Assembly (NCBI GenBank): GCA_041651095.1
Contig: JBAZJV010000006.1
Coordinates: forward strand, 8,986 to 72,985
Reading direction: 5' to 3'
DNA: 64,000 bases
From: Patescibacteria group bacterium
GTDB lineage: Bacteria; Patescibacteriota; Patescibacteriia; Patescibacteriales; UBA12465
The notes beneath the pieces were generated by a model. The model saw only the letters and a program-made list of their open reading frames with translations. It had not been told where the DNA came from and made no database searches. Below are positions 17,058 to 25,656 of the stretch, piece after piece. Every line of letters begins with the position of its first letter. The stretch's first letter is position 1. A program made the position numbers and the translations under genes.

Positions 17058-19454
17058 ATGTCTAAAAAATTTTTTAGGCTCGTTCTGGCCCTTGCTCTGC
17101 CAATTTTAGCCATGAGCGGCTGCACCTTCCCCTGGCGGCAAGTCCGGCCAGCTCAGACGCCGGAAGTGGTACCATCCGCTCCGGCGGCGACCACGCCCGT
17201 CGGGGAGGCTAACACCAGCAAGTTGAAGAAATTTGACAATTATGAACAGCTGGCCGAGTTTTTGGCCGCCAATAATAATCCGGAAGCCAGCGTGACGCGC
17301 GATTTCATGATGAAAAATCTGCTGGCGCCGGCCGCTCAGAACACGGTGACCGGGTTGGCCGCCGCCGACAGCAGCACCGGCGGTAATGATCAGATCAATT
17401 CTCTGGGTTACTCGACGACCAATAATCAGGTCGCGGGCGTAGACGAACCCGATATCATCAAGACGGATGGCAAATATATTTACGCCCTGGTCCGCAAAGA
17501 GCTGTCTATCATCAAGGCGGCGCCGGCCGATGCCGCCGCTGTCGTCAGCCGCATAACTTTTAAATCGCGGCCGCAGGACATCTTTATCGATGGGAACTAT
17601 CTGGCCGTTTTCGGTTCGGATAATCAGATTTATGCGCAAGCGGTCTATGCCGGTTTCCGCCGCCAAAATCCTTATACTTTTTTCAAAGTCTTTGATCTGA
17701 GCGATCCGGCCAATCCGCGCCAGGTCCGCGATCTTAATTTTGAAGGCAATTATTATGACGCCCGCCTGGTCGGCGATTACGTCTATTTCCTGACCAACAC
17801 TTATAGCCGGTACCTGGCCAATGAGGCGCCGCTGCCGCGGCTCCTGGACAGCGGCCAGGTCGTAGCTAACAAATGCGAGGGCGTCCAGAAATGCTTTACG
17901 CCGGAAGTATTTTATTTCGACATCCCTTATGACAGCTATTCTTTTTTCAATATCGCGGCGATAAATATCAAGGATAACAGCGAGCCGCTCAGCGGCCAGT
18001 CCTATCTGCTCAGCAGCAGCCAGAACCTTTACGTTTCCCGCCAGAATATCTATATCACCTATACCCAGTATCTGAGCGAATATGATCTGGAACAGCAGGT
18101 TAAGCGGGAATTGCTTTATCCGCAGCTCTCGGCCGACGATCAGGCTAAAATCACGCAGATCGAAACGGCTCCCGGCTTTATCCTGAATAACCATGAAAAA
18201 CAAAGCAAGGTCGCGGCCGTCATTGACCATTATTTGGATTTCTTGAATGCCGCCGACCGAACGGCGCGGCAGACGGAGATCGACCAGGGCCTGAAAAACA
18301 AACTGATCCAACGAGCCAAAGAATTGGAAAAGACAGTGGTCCATAAGATCGGCATTAACGGCCGCCAACTGGTTTATCGAGCCATGGGCGAGGTGAACGG
18401 CCAGGCGTTGAACCAATTTTCCATGGACGAGGACGGCGACTATTTCCGGATCGCGACGACGCGCAGCCGGCAGTATTCGCGTTTTTCCGATCTCTCGGCC
18501 GATTCTTACAGCAACATCTACGTCCTGGATGCCAATCTGAAAACCATAGGCAGCTTGGAAAATTTGGCGACTACCGAAAAGATCTACGCCGCCCGTTTTC
18601 TGGGCGACCGGGTCTATCTGGTCACTTTCAAGCAGACCGACCCCTTATTCGTCATCAGCCTGAAAGACCCGGCTAAGCCGACCGTCTTGGGCGCTTTGAA
18701 GATTCCGGGCTTCTCCAACTATCTGCACCCGGTAACGCCGGACGGCTCGCAACTGCTCGGCCTGGGCCGCGCCACGGAAGAAACCGCTTCCGGCGGCGTC
18801 AAAATCAACGGGCTGAAACTGTCCTTGTTCGATTTCAGCGACCTGACCAAACCGAAGGAGCTGGACAGCTTCTTGATCGGTGACGCTTCCAGCGATTCGA
18901 TCGCTCTCAGCGACCATAAAGCTTTCTTATATTCGCCGGAACAGCGCCGGCTGGTGATTCCGGCCGTGCTGCGCGACAACGGCCGCCTGTCTTTCGCCGG
19001 CGCTCTGGCCTTTAACGTAGACAATAATCGCTTGACGCTGACCGGCCGGGTAGACCATTCCGCCGGCGGGCATTTTGCCCAGCCGGATTATTGGGACGGT
19101 TTCGATTACTATGACAATACGGTCAAGCGCAGCCTGTATATCGGCGACGATCTTTTCACTTTTTCCAATAAATTCTTGAAAGTTAACCGTTGGGGCGATT
19201 TGAGCGAGGTTAAGAGCCTGGAGTTGACTAGCGGCGGCGATGATTATATCATTACGACGCCGAACCGTCCGGAAAAATCCGCTTCGTCTTCGCCCGTTGC
19301 CGCCGGGGGGCCTGACACGACGACCAGCACGCCAGTTGCTTCAGACGGTACGCCGGATGCTGCGGCCGATACGCCGGAACTGCCGCCCGCATCGGATAAT
19401 GCCGGTCCGACCGCCGACTCTACTTCGACCGGCGCGACTTCCACTCAGCCTTAA
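17058..19454 (+). CDS. beta-propeller domain lipoprotein
   Basis: Lipobox LAMSGC. VDEPDIIKTDGKYIYAL is typical of the secreted beta-propeller family seen in archaea and CPR. The C-terminal tail is P/T/S/A-rich. Confidence 0.7.
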   Translation: MSKKFFRLVLALALPILAMSGCTFPWRQVRPAQTPEVVPSAPAATTPVGEANTSKLKKFDNYEQLAEFLAANNNPEASVTRDFMMKNLLAPAAQNTVTGLAAADSSTGGNDQINSLGYSTTNNQVAGVDEPDIIKTDGKYIYALVRKELSIIKAAPADAAAVVSRITFKSRPQDIFIDGNYLAVFGSDNQIYAQAVYAGFRRQNPYTFFKVFDLSDPANPRQVRDLNFEGNYYDARLVGDYVYFLTNTYSRYLANEAPLPRLLDSGQVVANKCEGVQKCFTPEVFYFDIPYDSYSFFNIAAINIKDNSEPLSGQSYLLSSSQNLYVSRQNIYITYTQYLSEYDLEQQVKRELLYPQLSADDQAKITQIETAPGFILNNHEKQSKVAAVIDHYLDFLNAADRTARQTEIDQGLKNKLIQRAKELEKTVVHKIGINGRQLVYRAMGEVNGQALNQFSMDEDGDYFRIATTRSRQYSRFSDLSADSYSNIYVLDANLKTIGSLENLATTEKIYAARFLGDRVYLVTFKQTDPLFVISLKDPAKPTVLGALKIPGFSNYLHPVTPDGSQLLGLGRATEETASGGVKINGLKLSLFDFSDLTKPKELDSFLIGDASSDSIALSDHKAFLYSPEQRRLVIPAVLRDNGRLSFAGALAFNVDNNRLTLTGRVDHSAGGHFAQPDYWDGFDYYDNTVKRSLYIGDDLFTFSNKFLKVNRWGDLSEVKSLELTSGGDDYIITTPNRPEKSASSSPVAAGGPDTTTSTPVASDGTPDAAADTPELPPASDNAGPTADSTSTGATSTQP

Positions 19455-19459
19455 GTTTT

Positions 19460-20221
19460 ATGAATTATAAACGCCTGCTACCCTTATTTGTTCCTGTTTT
19501 GCTTTGGCTGCTCAGCCAGGCCTTCTTGTGGGCGCCGTATTTCTTTTACGCCAGCTTAGCTTTGGGAGCTTTACTGATCGTTTTAAGCCTTAAGCATCTG
19601 GTGTCCCGGTCGCAGGCTTTCTGGCTGCCGTTCGCGATCCCGCCGGTGTTGTTCTTCCTGTCTTTCAGCGCTTACACCGCGATCATTGCCAGGAATTTCT
19701 GGATCCAGATTTTGGATATCGCCCTGCTTGGATTCATGTTCTGGTATTTGCGGGATATCTATTATTATTTTTATGGCCGTGAAAACGACCGTTGGGCCAA
19801 GCGTTTGGATAACCTGCTGTTATCCGGCGGCTTCCTGACCGCTTTTACCGCCTCCGCCTTCTTATTCGATCTTTCCGTGTTCATTAATTGGCCGTTTTAT
19901 TTCTTGTTGCCGTCCTTGGCGGCGCTCAGTGCGTGCTTATTCTGGCAATTTCGGCTGTTGCCGCGGCCGGAACGGTCCGCCGGAACCGCCTGGTGGCCGG
20001 CTTTAAGCGTTCTAGCGCTGGTCGAGCTCGCCGGCGCCTTTATTCTCCTGCCTCTGAATTTTAATATTTTGGCTTTATTCTTCGCGATTTTCTATTATCT
20101 CGGATTAATTATTATTCGTCTGGCGGAAAGCGGCGGTCTGGGGCGGCGCGCCGTCAAATTGCCGCTCATTCTCGGCGTCGTGATCATCCTGGCTCTATTG
20201 CTTACTTCCCGGTGGCTCTAA
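19460..20221 (+). CDS. hypothetical multi-pass membrane protein
   Basis: 253 aa with 7-8 hydrophobic segments. It starts 5 nt after the previous stop. Confidence 0.5.
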   Translation: MNYKRLLPLFVPVLLWLLSQAFLWAPYFFYASLALGALLIVLSLKHLVSRSQAFWLPFAIPPVLFFLSFSAYTAIIARNFWIQILDIALLGFMFWYLRDIYYYFYGRENDRWAKRLDNLLLSGGFLTAFTASAFLFDLSVFINWPFYFLLPSLAALSACLFWQFRLLPRPERSAGTAWWPALSVLALVELAGAFILLPLNFNILALFFAIFYYLGLIIIRLAESGGLGRRAVKLPLILGVVIILALLLTSRWL

Positions 20222-20254
20222 ATCCGGGGCCGGCATCTTTAAATTCAAACACTT

Positions 20255-21406
20255 ATGTCTAAGCTGTCTCAGTATCAAGGAAGTTGGGGAATGGTCATCG
20301 GCCTCGCGCTGCTTAGCGGCGCTCTGGCCGGCGTCTGTGGCGGGATTATCGGCCGGGTCTATATCTGGCCGGATCTGGCTCCGTCTTTTTCCAGCGAAGT
20401 GAATCTTTCCAACCTCAACGCTAATAACGCCGGCCTGGTCATTCAGGATCCTAAGACCGTGGTCGTCAACCAGGACCTTAAAGTAGCGGAAACAGCCAGC
20501 AATATCCGGCCGGTTCTGGTCGGCATCTTTAAAGAGCTGGCGACCAGCAGTCCGGCGTCCGCCAAGGAGAGGGCGGAGTATTATAAATTGGATGAACCGC
20601 TGTTTGTGGGGCTCATCATTACGGCCGACGGCTGGGTGATGGCTTTGCCGCCGGCCGACTCGAAAACTGATTTCAAGGCCAAAGATTACGTGGCGATCGG
20701 GGCTGACCGCCGGATTTATCAGATTGACCAGCCGATTAATTTGAAAAGCCAGCCCGGCGCCCCTTTGATCTTCCGCCTGGTCGGCGCCAGCAACCTGCCG
20801 GTCAAGAAGATCGCGCCGCGCGCCGATTTGACGATGGGGCAAAGCCTGTTGATCGTCCAGGACGCCAACTCGGTTCGGCCGGCTACTTTAGCCTCGATCA
20901 CTAAGACGCCGGCGGTGCTGAGCAGCGACCAGACCGGCGCCCGCCTGAGCCTGAACGGCGCCGCTGATGATTCCCGGAACGCTTTCGTCTTTGACCTGGC
21001 CGGCAATCTGGTCGCCGTGATTACGGCCGATCAATCCGTGGTGCCAGCTTTTTCCTATGCGGCCGCCTGGTCGGCCTTATCCGCTGGCGGCCCGGCCAAA
21101 CCGCTTTATCTCGGAGTCAATTACCTGGACTTGAGCACGGTCAAGACAACGGCTCTGAATTTGGATAAGGGCGCCTGGCTGTATCCATCGACCAGCAGCC
21201 CGGCCGTTTTGAAAGGTAGCCCGGCGGCTTTAGCCGGACTCCAGGCGGGTGACGTCATCACCTGGGTCAACAATCAGGAAATCAATGCCGCTAACGACCT
21301 GGCCGACCTGTTGGCGGCTTACCGTCCCGGCAATGTCGTGACTTTGACTTATCAGCGGGCCGGCGTGGAAAAATCAGTGGAGATAAAATTGGGCGAGCGG
21401 AAATAA
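20255..21406 (+). CDS. membrane-anchored HtrA-like protein with C-terminal PDZ domain; catalytic residues absent
   Basis: The PDZ-like C-terminus reads GSPAALAGLQAGDVITWVNNQEI. The trypsin-fold skeleton is recognisable, but the protein contains no His at all, and the GNSGGP position reads DSRNAFVFD. Confidence 0.65.
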   Translation: MSKLSQYQGSWGMVIGLALLSGALAGVCGGIIGRVYIWPDLAPSFSSEVNLSNLNANNAGLVIQDPKTVVVNQDLKVAETASNIRPVLVGIFKELATSSPASAKERAEYYKLDEPLFVGLIITADGWVMALPPADSKTDFKAKDYVAIGADRRIYQIDQPINLKSQPGAPLIFRLVGASNLPVKKIAPRADLTMGQSLLIVQDANSVRPATLASITKTPAVLSSDQTGARLSLNGAADDSRNAFVFDLAGNLVAVITADQSVVPAFSYAAAWSALSAGGPAKPLYLGVNYLDLSTVKTTALNLDKGAWLYPSTSSPAVLKGSPAALAGLQAGDVITWVNNQEINAANDLADLLAAYRPGNVVTLTYQRAGVEKSVEIKLGERK

Positions 21407-21426
21407 TTTTTAAGAGGCATTTGCCT

Positions 21427-22611
21427 ATGCAGATCAGATCGGTGGCCAAATTAAGGAACTTATCCGGAAAAAAAGTTTTTCTCCGGGTAGATTTGAACGT
21501 GCCTGTAGCCGCCGGCCGGATCCAGGATGATTATAAGATTCGGGCCGCTCTGGCCACCATTGATTGGTTGCGGACGCGGGGCGCCCGGATTATCATTGCC
21601 ACTCACTTGGGTGAGCCGGCCGGTCCGGAGCGAGCCTGGTCAGCGCGGCCTCTGGCGCGCCGCTTAAGCGCTTTGCTCAAGCGCCCGGTAGTTTTTTCCG
21701 GCGCCTGGCATGGCGCCGCGGTATCCCGGGCCGCCAGGGCCATCGATCGTCTGCGTCCCGGCGGTCTGCTGATGCTGGAAAATCTGCGTTTCGAACCGGG
21801 AGAGTATACTGATGACGCTAAGTGGGCCAAAGCCCTGGCCGGTCTGGCCGAACTCTACGTCAATGACGCTTTCGCCGTCTGCCATCGGCGGCAGGCCTCG
21901 GTCTCGGCGATCAAGAAATATTCGCCGTCTTATGCCGGTCTCTTATTGGAACAGGAAGTCAAGGCGCTGTACCGCGTCCGGAAACCGCGCAAGCCGCTGG
22001 TCGTAGTCATGGGCGGAGCTAAGATCAAGACTAAGGCGCCGCTGATCAGCAAACTGCGTCCGGCCGCCGCCCGGATTCTGCTCGGCGGCGGGCTGGCTAA
22101 TAATTTTTTCAAATTCCAAGGCCGGGAAGTCGGCCGTTCGTTAGTAGATCAAGACAGCGCTCCTATCGTGCGGCAATTTTTTTCCGGCCGGCGGCTGGAT
22201 CCGAAGATCATTCTGCCGCTTGATGTCGTTGTGGCCGACCGGAAAGGCCGGCCGCGCGCCGTTTTGCCGACGGCCGTTAGGCCGAGCGACCGGATCCTGG
22301 ATATCGGCCCGCGCACCATCGCCGCTTACGCCGCCTATATCCGTTCGGCGCAGACCCTGGTTTGGAACGGTCCGCTCGGCAAGTTCGAAGAGGCGAGTTT
22401 CAAGCACGGCACTCTGGCGATCGCCGGCTTGATCGCCTCCCGTTCTTCCGGCCGCGCCTATGGCGTCATCGGCGGCGGCGAAACGGTCGCCGCCCTGCAG
22501 CTGACCAAGATGGCCGAATACGTGGATTGGATTTCGACGGCCGGCGGCGCGATGCTGTCCTATTTGGGCGGCGAGCGGATGCCGGGTTTGGCAAAGATAG
22601 TTAAGCCTTAA
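21427..22611 (+). CDS. pgk: phosphoglycerate kinase
   Basis: About 394 aa. VFLRVDLNVP, THLGEP and the C-terminal GGGETVAA-type motifs are present. ATG 21427 is 6 nt inside the TTG-started ORF. Confidence 0.9.
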   Translation: MQIRSVAKLRNLSGKKVFLRVDLNVPVAAGRIQDDYKIRAALATIDWLRTRGARIIIATHLGEPAGPERAWSARPLARRLSALLKRPVVFSGAWHGAAVSRAARAIDRLRPGGLLMLENLRFEPGEYTDDAKWAKALAGLAELYVNDAFAVCHRRQASVSAIKKYSPSYAGLLLEQEVKALYRVRKPRKPLVVVMGGAKIKTKAPLISKLRPAAARILLGGGLANNFFKFQGREVGRSLVDQDSAPIVRQFFSGRRLDPKIILPLDVVVADRKGRPRAVLPTAVRPSDRILDIGPRTIAAYAAYIRSAQTLVWNGPLGKFEEASFKHGTLAIAGLIASRSSGRAYGVIGGGETVAALQLTKMAEYVDWISTAGGAMLSYLGGERMPGLAKIVKP

Positions 22612-22615
22612 TTTT

Positions 22616-23866
22616 ATGGCCAAGATCAAAAACATCACGGCCCGGGAAATCCTGGATACCCGGGGTTACCCGACCATCGAAGCCAGACTCAGCCTGGATG
22701 ACGGCCGGAGCGCGGCGGCCAGCGTGCCCGGCGGCACTTCGGTCGGCCGACATGAAGCCAAGGAGCTTCGGGACGGCGACCGCCGGCGCTATAGTGGGCG
22801 AGGCGTCTTGCAAGCGATCGGAAAGGTTCATGATCTGATCGCGCCGGCGCTCAAGGGACGGGATATTACGGATCAGGCCGGTTTGGATCAGCGCCTGGCC
22901 GCGCTCGATGGCAGCGCGGATAAGCATAATCTGGGAGCTAATGCCATGTTGGCGGTCTCTTTGGCGGCGGCGCGCGCGGCCGCGCTCAGTGAAGATCAGG
23001 AATTGTTCGTTTATTTGAAGCAGGCCTACGGTTTAGGCGAGCCGCGCCTTCCGGTTCCACTATTCAATATTTTCAACGGCGGCCGGCACGCCGACACTAA
23101 TCTGGATTTTCAGGAATTTTTACTCATTCCCAAGAAGAGTCCGGCCGCGGACATGGTCCGTCTGGGCGTTGAAGTTTTCCATGAATTAGGGGCGGTTTTG
23201 AAGGAAGCCGGCTATGATACCGATACCGGCCTGGAAGGCGGCTATGCGCCCGATCTTGATTCCAGCATCGAGGCGCTGGAAATGATCCTGGCTGCCGGCA
23301 TCCGCGCCGGTTACCGGCCGGAACAAGATTTCCAATTAGGCATCGACGTCGGCTCTTCGCTCCTTTATGACCCGGCCGCCAAGCGATACATTTTCCCCTT
23401 GGACCAGGCGCAATTCAGCGCCGCTAATCTGATCGGGTTGTATAATGAATGGCTGAAAAAATATCCGCTGCTGTATCTGGAGGACGGACTGGCGGAAGAT
23501 GCCTGGGAGGACTGGCGGGAGTTGACCGCCGAATTGGGCGACCGCTTGCTTATCGTCGGCGATGATCTTTTTGCCACCAACACCGGCCGCTTGCGGCAAG
23601 GCTTGCAAGAAAAAGCGGCCAATGCGATCATTATCAAGCCGAACCAGGTCGGTACTTTGACGGAGGCGGTCGACTGTTTGAAACTGGCGCAGAAGCATCA
23701 TTATAAGACCATCGTTTCCCATCGGAGCGGCGAGACGACCGACGACTTCATCGTCGACCTGGCAGTCGCCTCCGGCGCCGATTATCTGAAAGCCGGCTCC
23801 TTGTCGCGCGGCGAACGCGTGGCCAAATATAACCGGCTGCTCGCTATCGCCGACTTATTAAATTAA
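22616..23866 (+). CDS. eno: enolase
   Basis: 416 aa. Carries AREILDTRGYPTIE, IKPNQVGTLTE and SHRSGETTD. Confidence 0.95.
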   Translation: MAKIKNITAREILDTRGYPTIEARLSLDDGRSAAASVPGGTSVGRHEAKELRDGDRRRYSGRGVLQAIGKVHDLIAPALKGRDITDQAGLDQRLAALDGSADKHNLGANAMLAVSLAAARAAALSEDQELFVYLKQAYGLGEPRLPVPLFNIFNGGRHADTNLDFQEFLLIPKKSPAADMVRLGVEVFHELGAVLKEAGYDTDTGLEGGYAPDLDSSIEALEMILAAGIRAGYRPEQDFQLGIDVGSSLLYDPAAKRYIFPLDQAQFSAANLIGLYNEWLKKYPLLYLEDGLAEDAWEDWRELTAELGDRLLIVGDDLFATNTGRLRQGLQEKAANAIIIKPNQVGTLTEAVDCLKLAQKHHYKTIVSHRSGETTDDFIVDLAVASGADYLKAGSLSRGERVAKYNRLLAIADLLN

Positions 23867-23874
23867 TCATCATT

Positions 23875-24771
23875 ATGCCTGAAGGAAATACTGCCGGCGA
23901 CGCCGGGCCGCTTATATCCCGACCGGTCGTCCTGTTGCTGTTAGACGGTTGGGGCGTGGCGCCGCTCGGCGAAGCCAACGCTTTTTCTGGCGCCAAGACG
24001 CCGGTTTTTTTGGAATTAACTAAAGAATACCCGGTCGCCCTCCTTGATCCGGGCGCGCAGAACTTGAACGCGCGCTATCTGAGCCTGGGCGCCGGCCGGC
24101 CGGTAACCGATGAAAACGAACCGGTCGAAACGACCCTGAGCGCCGTTCTGTCCGCTAGCGGCCGGACGCAAAGCAAAATCGCGGAAACGGAACGCTTTGC
24201 CGCGCTGACCCATTTTTTCAACGGTCATGCCGAGCAGCAGTTCGCGGGTGAAAGCTGGCAAATAATTTCTTCGGAAGCCGGCGATAAGACGGATAAGCCG
24301 CTCCTAGCTTTGAAGCGGACGGCCAAAGCGATCTTGGCGGCCGTCGAGGCCGATCCGGCGCCGGATTTCATCGCTGCCGCCATGCCTTATCTGGATCGGA
24401 TAGCGAGCAGCGGCGATCTAGACGCCATTCAAAAGGCGATTGCCGCCTTGGATAAGTATCTGCACCGCATCTGGTCGGCAGTTGCCGCCAAACATGGCAT
24501 CTTGATCGTGACGGCGGCCGGCGGCAACGTGGAACGTTTTAAGAATTTGGCGATCGATCTGGCCGATAAGAATCTGACCAATAATCCCGTGCCGCTGATT
24601 ATCGCCGGGCCGGAATTGGCCGGCCGGACCATCGGCCTGGCCGAACCGCCCAGCTCCGATCTGAGCTTATTGGCGCCGGCCGGCACCCTGGCCGATCTAG
24701 CTCCGACCATTTTAGACCTCTTGGGTTTGGCCAAGCCGGCAACGATGACCGGCGAGAGCTTATTAAGATAA
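23875..24771 (+). CDS. truncated iPGM-like protein (phosphatase-domain halves only, catalytic residues substituted)
   Basis: LLLLDGWG at the N-terminus and NPVPLII...LADLAPTILDLLGL...MTGESLL at the C-terminus match cofactor-independent phosphoglycerate mutase. The roughly 230-aa transferase domain is missing. The MGNSEVGH region reads AQNLNARY, and TADHGN reads TAAGGN. Confidence 0.7.
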   Translation: MPEGNTAGDAGPLISRPVVLLLLDGWGVAPLGEANAFSGAKTPVFLELTKEYPVALLDPGAQNLNARYLSLGAGRPVTDENEPVETTLSAVLSASGRTQSKIAETERFAALTHFFNGHAEQQFAGESWQIISSEAGDKTDKPLLALKRTAKAILAAVEADPAPDFIAAAMPYLDRIASSGDLDAIQKAIAALDKYLHRIWSAVAAKHGILIVTAAGGNVERFKNLAIDLADKNLTNNPVPLIIAGPELAGRTIGLAEPPSSDLSLLAPAGTLADLAPTILDLLGLAKPATMTGESLLR

Positions 24772-24813
24772 TCGGCCGGATAAATTTTAGCTAAGTCGGC
24801 TGAGTCGCTACCT

Positions 24814-25449
24814 ATGTCTACTTTATTTTTGCTATCAAGCACGAAATTCCTGGCCGATCACGATTTGGCGCAGATCGTCGGCCGTCCTTGGCCGGAACTG
24901 CGCATCGCCCATATCATTACCGCCTCTAAGGGGCAAGGTGTCGACGATTTGTCATATCTGGACCGAACCAGGGGAATTTTCCGGCAGGGCGGTGCCTATT
25001 TTGAAGATTTTGATCTGGACGGCCATGACGCCGATAGCCTGCGAGCGGCTTTGAAAAATTTCAACGCCGTCTTCATTAACGGCGGCAGCAGTTTTTATCT
25101 GTTGCGGGCGATTAGGCAGAGCGGTTTTGAGGCGGTGATCAAAGAACTGTTGCCGCAAGGGTTTATTTATATGGGCGGCAGCGCCGGCACCTATGTCGCC
25201 TGTCCGACCATCGAGATGGCTCTCTGGCGGCATCAGGACCGATATGACCATTGCGGCTTAAGCGACCTGAGCGCCATGAATTTGGTGCCATTCTTGGTGA
25301 CTGTCCACTACCGGCCTGAATACCGCGAGTTATTACAGGCAGAGATTCCGCACGCCAGCTGCCCGGTCAGGATTTTATCCGACGGCCAAGCTCTGTTGAT
25401 CAAAGACGGCCGGGAAGAGCTGATTGGCGAACCGGAGATGAGATTATAG
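24814..25449 (+). CDS. peptidase E-like (S51 family) protein
   Basis: FINGGSSFYLL, YMGGSAGTYVA (nucleophile Ser context) and VPFLVTVHY resemble PepE motifs. Confidence 0.7.
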   Translation: MSTLFLLSSTKFLADHDLAQIVGRPWPELRIAHIITASKGQGVDDLSYLDRTRGIFRQGGAYFEDFDLDGHDADSLRAALKNFNAVFINGGSSFYLLRAIRQSGFEAVIKELLPQGFIYMGGSAGTYVACPTIEMALWRHQDRYDHCGLSDLSAMNLVPFLVTVHYRPEYRELLQAEIPHASCPVRILSDGQALLIKDGREELIGEPEMRL

Positions 25450-25471
25450 GCGGACTAAATAAATTTACAGC

Positions 25472-25500
25472 AAGCCGTTATTTCAATAACGGCTTTTTAA
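25472..25500 (+). repeat. 29-bp inverted-repeat copy A; itself a hairpin terminator
   Basis: AAGCCGTTATTTCAATAACGGCTTTTTAA: a 10-bp stem, ttca loop and T-run, 23 nt after the pepE-like stop. The exact reverse complement recurs at 27246-27274. Confidence 0.75.
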
Positions 25501-25513
25501 TTTTTCAGGCGAC

Positions 25514-25542
25514 TTTACACAATATGATAAAAGTGGTAATCT
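25514..25542 (+). promoter_or_regulatory. sigma70 promoter candidate for the 523-aa gene
   Basis: TTTACA (25514-25519), 17-nt spacer, TAATCT (25537-25542), with TG at 25534-25535. Confidence 0.4.
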
Positions 25543-25587
25543 AAAAAGCTATTAAGTTCATTTACAAAAAGCCTTGGTTAATTTATG

Positions 25588-25625
25588 GGTTATCTTAGTC
25601 CTTGAATTAGAGGTTTAAGATAACC
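25588..25625 (+). promoter_or_regulatory. leader stem-loop (10-bp perfect stem)
   Basis: GGTTATCTTA (25588-25597) pairs with TAAGATAACC (25616-25625) around an 18-nt loop. It lies about 20 nt upstream of the SD. Confidence 0.4.
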
Positions 25626-25656
25626 TATAAATTAATCATTAAACAGGAGAATGATA

